From NCBI RefSeq assembly GCF_009914755.1, contig NC_060936.1: a DNA stretch of 64,000 nt, one strand, 5' to 3'. The notes beneath the pieces were generated by a model that worked only from the letters and a program-made list of their open reading frames with translations, made no database searches and was not told the origin of the DNA. The translations under genes were made by a program, and so were the position numbers. The stretch comes from the human T2T-CHM13v2.0 reference genome, Homo sapiens. Positions 55,540-64,000 of this stretch are shown here, piece by piece. Each line of letters starts with the position of its first letter. The first letter of the stretch is position 1.

Positions 55540-55785
55540 TTCCAGTAAGACCTTTGTAGGCTCTAAGCGCTGAAAAAGTTTATGGTGCCCCAGGTGTGGT
55601 TCAAAATAAAAACACAAAACTATAAAATAAACTTAAGAGATAAAATTCTTATTTTTTTCACACAATGACATTGTCTTTTAAAAGGAATATCACATATCAA
55701 AGTCTCCCCCTAATATTTTTGGTTTCCCTTACTTTGCTGGTGCCCTAAACACATATACCCTGCTTATAGGGTAACCCAACAGTGG
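55540..55785. mobile_element. Possible old hAT-type DNA transposon remnant in SLC26A10 intron 8
   Basis: AT-rich core with GC-richer ends containing tggtgccc motifs; family not resolved. Confidence 0.3.
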
Positions 55786-58700
55786 CTTTTAAGGTGGAGG
55801 TGGGCTACAAAACTGGGGAACTTGAACAATGGACATCTACAAGGAGACTGGTGAATAATGGGCATTTAATTAATTGGGGGGAGCGGGAGGGTTAGATGTG
55901 AATGGCAGAATATTAAGAAGGGGGTTGTGTGGAAGGAGATTTGGGAGAAGGGAGACTTCCGAGGAAGATTAGGCAGAGTGGGCAGGAAGACCAGCTCTCA
56001 TGTGGGGGTGGGAGGCTCTCTTCCTTTTTTGCTCCTGTTCCTCCTTTTCTCTAGCTGGCAGGCCTCTTCTCCTGCACAGTGGTCCTGTCGGTGCTGCTGT
56101 GGCTGGGGCCCTTCTTTTACTATCTGCCCAAGGTAATGAGCAGAGGAGGCATGAGCATGGCTGGGAGGGGTAGCTGTATTCCAGGACATCGAGGTAGTCA
56201 GCCCACCTCCTCTGCCTCAAGGCTGTCCTGGCTTGCATCAACATCTCCAGCATGCGCCAGGTGTTCTGCCAGATGCAGGAACTTCCACAACTATGGCACA
56301 TCAGCCGAGTGGACTTTGTGAGAAATGCCATTACCCCCAGATTGCCCCCTCTCATCTTGTTAGCATCCCCAGCCTCTGCCCTGAACCAAACCTAATTGTC
56401 CTGGTCTTAAGTTCTGCAACCCACCCACTCCCCCAGCAAACATAACTCCTAGTATGCTTTACTCACAGGCAAGGGAAAGGATGGGGTTTGAACCCCTTTG
56501 GCCTGAATATTTGTAACTTCCCAACTGGTGCGGGTCATTACATTTGGTGTGTGTCCCATTGAATCAACCCTGTTGTTTCCTTCTGTCATGCTTTCCACTT
56601 CTTCCTGGATCATCTCTCCCCATCACTTGCCTTGGTAGTCACTGCCCTGGATCTCTTTACCCAGCAGTGATGGCCTGGCTTTTCTTTTGGGCAATCCACC
56701 CCTATCCCTATCCTGCAGGCTGTGTGGATGGTCACCTGGGTGGCAGTAGTGACCCTGAGTGTGGATTTGGGCCTGGCTGTGGGTGTGGTCTTCTCCATGA
56801 TGACTGTGGTCTGCCGCACCCGGAGGTGGGCATAGAGATGAGTGGAGTTGAGGTCGGGGCAGGGGAAGAGAATGAGGTGCTTGGGGTGACTCTCCAGCCA
56901 GGCCAGGCTAAGCTGGAAATCTGGCCCCACCTTCTTCCCTAGGGTGTAGTGCCTGGCACTTGGACAGGCTGAGGGGACAGAGCTCTACAGACCACTCAGA
57001 GGAAGCCCCAGGGTGGGTGGGCTGCAGCCAAAGAAGGAAGGGAAGATTAGCCCCAGACATTTCTCTGATCCTTTGACCTCTTAGCTCCTCCAGGTCCCGG
57101 GGCTCTGCATCCTGAGCTATCCAACACCACTGTACTTTGGGACCCGTGGGCAGTTTCGCTGCAACCTGGAGTGGCACCTGGGGCTCGGAGAAGGAGAAAA
57201 GGTGAAGGAGCTTGGTTTAGGAGGGATGTGGATCCTCAGGGAGTGGGAGGCAGGTGGGTGTTCTGAGGGGGATCCTTGTGCTCAAGGGGTGCATGTTCAT
57301 GCTGTGTTTCGGGAGTGGTGACTGCCCTTCTTTACTTATAGGAGACTTCAAAGCCAGATGGCCCAATGGTTGCAGGTGAGATGGGGTGACAAGAAGGAAG
57401 ATTTGGGCATGTTGCATGGTGACACCTGGGTACTCCTGTCTTCTCCCATTCTAGTTGCTGAGCCTGTCAGGGTGGTGGTCCTAGACTTCAGTGGTGTCAC
57501 CTTTGCAGATGCTGCTGGGGCCAGAGAAGTGGTGCAGGTGAGGGAGAGGGTAGGTTGAGGAGAAACCCCTTAGCATCTCACTCATACCCTCTGATCTGGG
57601 ACTTAACCCCTTTGCCCCATCCCTGCAGCTGGCCAGCCGATGTCGAGATGCTAGGATCCGCCTCCTCCTGGCTCAGTGTAATGGTGAGATGTGTGGAGAA
57701 GAGCGGGGCCCAGTGCCTGGGCAATGACTGGACACCTGCGGTAGGGAAAAGGACCCGGTGTGGACTTAGGGTCTCAGAGTCTGACACCCTCCCCACATAG
57801 CCTTGGTGCAGGGGACACTGACCCGGGTAGGACTCCTGGACAGGGTGACTCCAGATCAGCTGTTTGTGAGTGTGCAGGATGCAGCTGCTTATGCCCTGGG
57901 GAGCCTGGTAAGGGGCAGTAGCACCAGGAGCGGGAGCCAGGAGGCACTGGGCTGCGGCAAGTGAGGCAGGGGTAAGTGGCTGGAGACCCAGGGAGAGGGG
58001 TTTGGGAAAGGGTCTGAGGAAGATCAAGAAGAAAAGGGTGGGGACGGAATGAATAGTAGATTGAAGACCAAATCAGGGAGCCCGGGCTGAGCTATGGGTG
58101 AGGAACTGAAGAACTCAGATCCCTAAGTAGGTGGGGTACCCCTGAGAGGACTGCCACATTTCATTAAGGAAGAGGGGTGCCTAATCTATTCCTGACATGT
58201 CTCCTCTCTTCTCCAGGAGCTCACTGACCCAAAGATTTGCACCGTGTGGGTCTGACCTCATCATGTGGAGTGCAGAGGGCCCTGATGACATGTGTGTGAT
58301 GAGGACCATGACCCTTGAACCCCCTTACCTAACGTAACTAATAAAATGAAGCTGAGAGCTTTGGAATCCATGAAGTGAGTCTAGGTGTTTGCACAGGGAC
58401 TCTGGTGCCCCTTCTTTTGTGCCCACAGCATTGCAGAGACACAACTAAGAATGGCTTTCACCAACCACCAGCCCTCACCCCAGCCCCAGAGCCACAAGTT
58501 CTCTCTGTGGGGGTGGGGCTGGAGCAGGTACACAGAGTACTGGATCTGAAGATGCAGATGAGGGGCACAGTCTTGGGATTATGTGTTGGGGAACTTCCCC
58601 ACCCCCTCGGTCCCAAGATGAGAGGACAGTGTTTCCACCTTAGGTTCTTAGAGTCCCTCTGGGCTCTTTGGCACTTGGAAAGTGATCCCCCCATTTCCTG

Positions 58701-58962
58701 CCCCATGAGAATGGGCAGGGGGAGGACTTGGCACTGGCTGTGGGAGAGGTTATGGCTCCACCAGGCCTCTGGGCACTGGAAAAAGGAGGGGTGTCACCAG
58801 GACAACCCCTACTGGGCATCAGGTTCTGAAAAGGAAGAGTGAGGAACTAGAGGCTCAGGGACAGCCAGTAGAGTGCTCACAGGGTGGTGGGGTTTGTTGG
58901 AAATTCCTGGCAGGGACAAGGAGGCAGGCCCAGCCTGACAGTCAGAAATCCCCAGCGGGCCA

Positions 58963-63606
<4,644 letters not shown>

Positions 63607-64000
63607 TCATCAGAGCCCAGCTACACAGCTCCATTCATCCCATAAACACTGACACAGCACCCCACACCTTGGCCCTGCAATTCTGTCTGTCTAGGCTCTG
63701 TCCCCTTAAATGCTGCCCTTCAAATAGTCCTCGGGAGGGGGACCAAGGATCGGATGACCTATCCCCTAAATCTGGATTTTAGAGTTGTAGGATAGGGCCA
63801 ATTACCAGGATTTCAGGAGCTGCCTACCCACCAACCAGGACCCCACCTGGAGTCTCTTCTCATACCTGAATCAGGACCTCAGGGAGTCTTTCAGGGCCCT
63901 CCCTTGACTGCACAACCTCCCACGCCCATCCCCATCCTTATCCCCATGGCAAGGTTCAGGGAGAACAGATTTTCCCCAGCCCAAGCCTCAGCAGCCTCCC

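Larger units (their letters stand above)
51755..58255 (+). pseudogene. SLC26A10P: SLC26-family anion transporter gene (TM + STAS domains) with one in-frame TAG at codon 521
   Basis: Exons 51755-52097, 52561-52671, 53154-53311, 53482-53646, 53909-54061, 54778-54860, 55006-55153, 55243-55356, 56055-56132, 56222-56317, 56719-56825, 56943-57012 (TAG 56947-56949), 57085-57201, 57342-57375, 57455-57537, 57629-57683, 57801-57907, 58217-58255; sum 2061 nt. Motifs GDAVAGVTVGIVHVPQGMAFA, NQEFLAHG, GGKTQLAG and STAS VVVLDFSGVTFADAAG. AATAAA at 58340-58345. Confidence 0.92.

Noticed and set aside
56947-56949. The premature TAG itself acting as an acceptor to remove the stop
   Set aside because: Splicing to 56950 leaves 63 nt after a phase-2 intron and frameshifts the downstream exons.

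Overview
Human genomic DNA, recognisable as the 12q13.3 gene cluster. It is intron-rich and Alu-dense, so most entries in the ORF track are spurious. In order, the + strand carries the 3' two-thirds of KIF5A (exons 9-29), the complete PIP4K2C, DTX3 and ARHGEF25 genes, and SLC26A10(P). B4GALNT1 exons 3-11 lie on the - strand, convergent with SLC26A10. Exons were delimited by hand from GT-AG boundaries, and their lengths sum to the expected reading frames. I found no clearly new biological system. The best leads are: (1) SLC26A10 rebuilds as an intact 18-exon, 686-codon transporter gene broken by a single TAG, facing a probably overlapping antisense 3'UTR; (2) one DTX3 start codon is created by a splice junction (A|TG), so acceptor choice switches an upstream AUG between main start and overlapping uORF; (3) ARHGEF25 intron 5 is stop-free, in frame, and holds a diverged copy of the end of exon 12 plus its donor; (4) KIF5A exons 14-15 have an open intron, inverted flanking Alus and a potential stop-free circular ORF; (5) several retrotransposition footprints, including a 72-bp mRNA-tail retrocopy, a triplicated TSD and a solo LTR13A inside an Alu.
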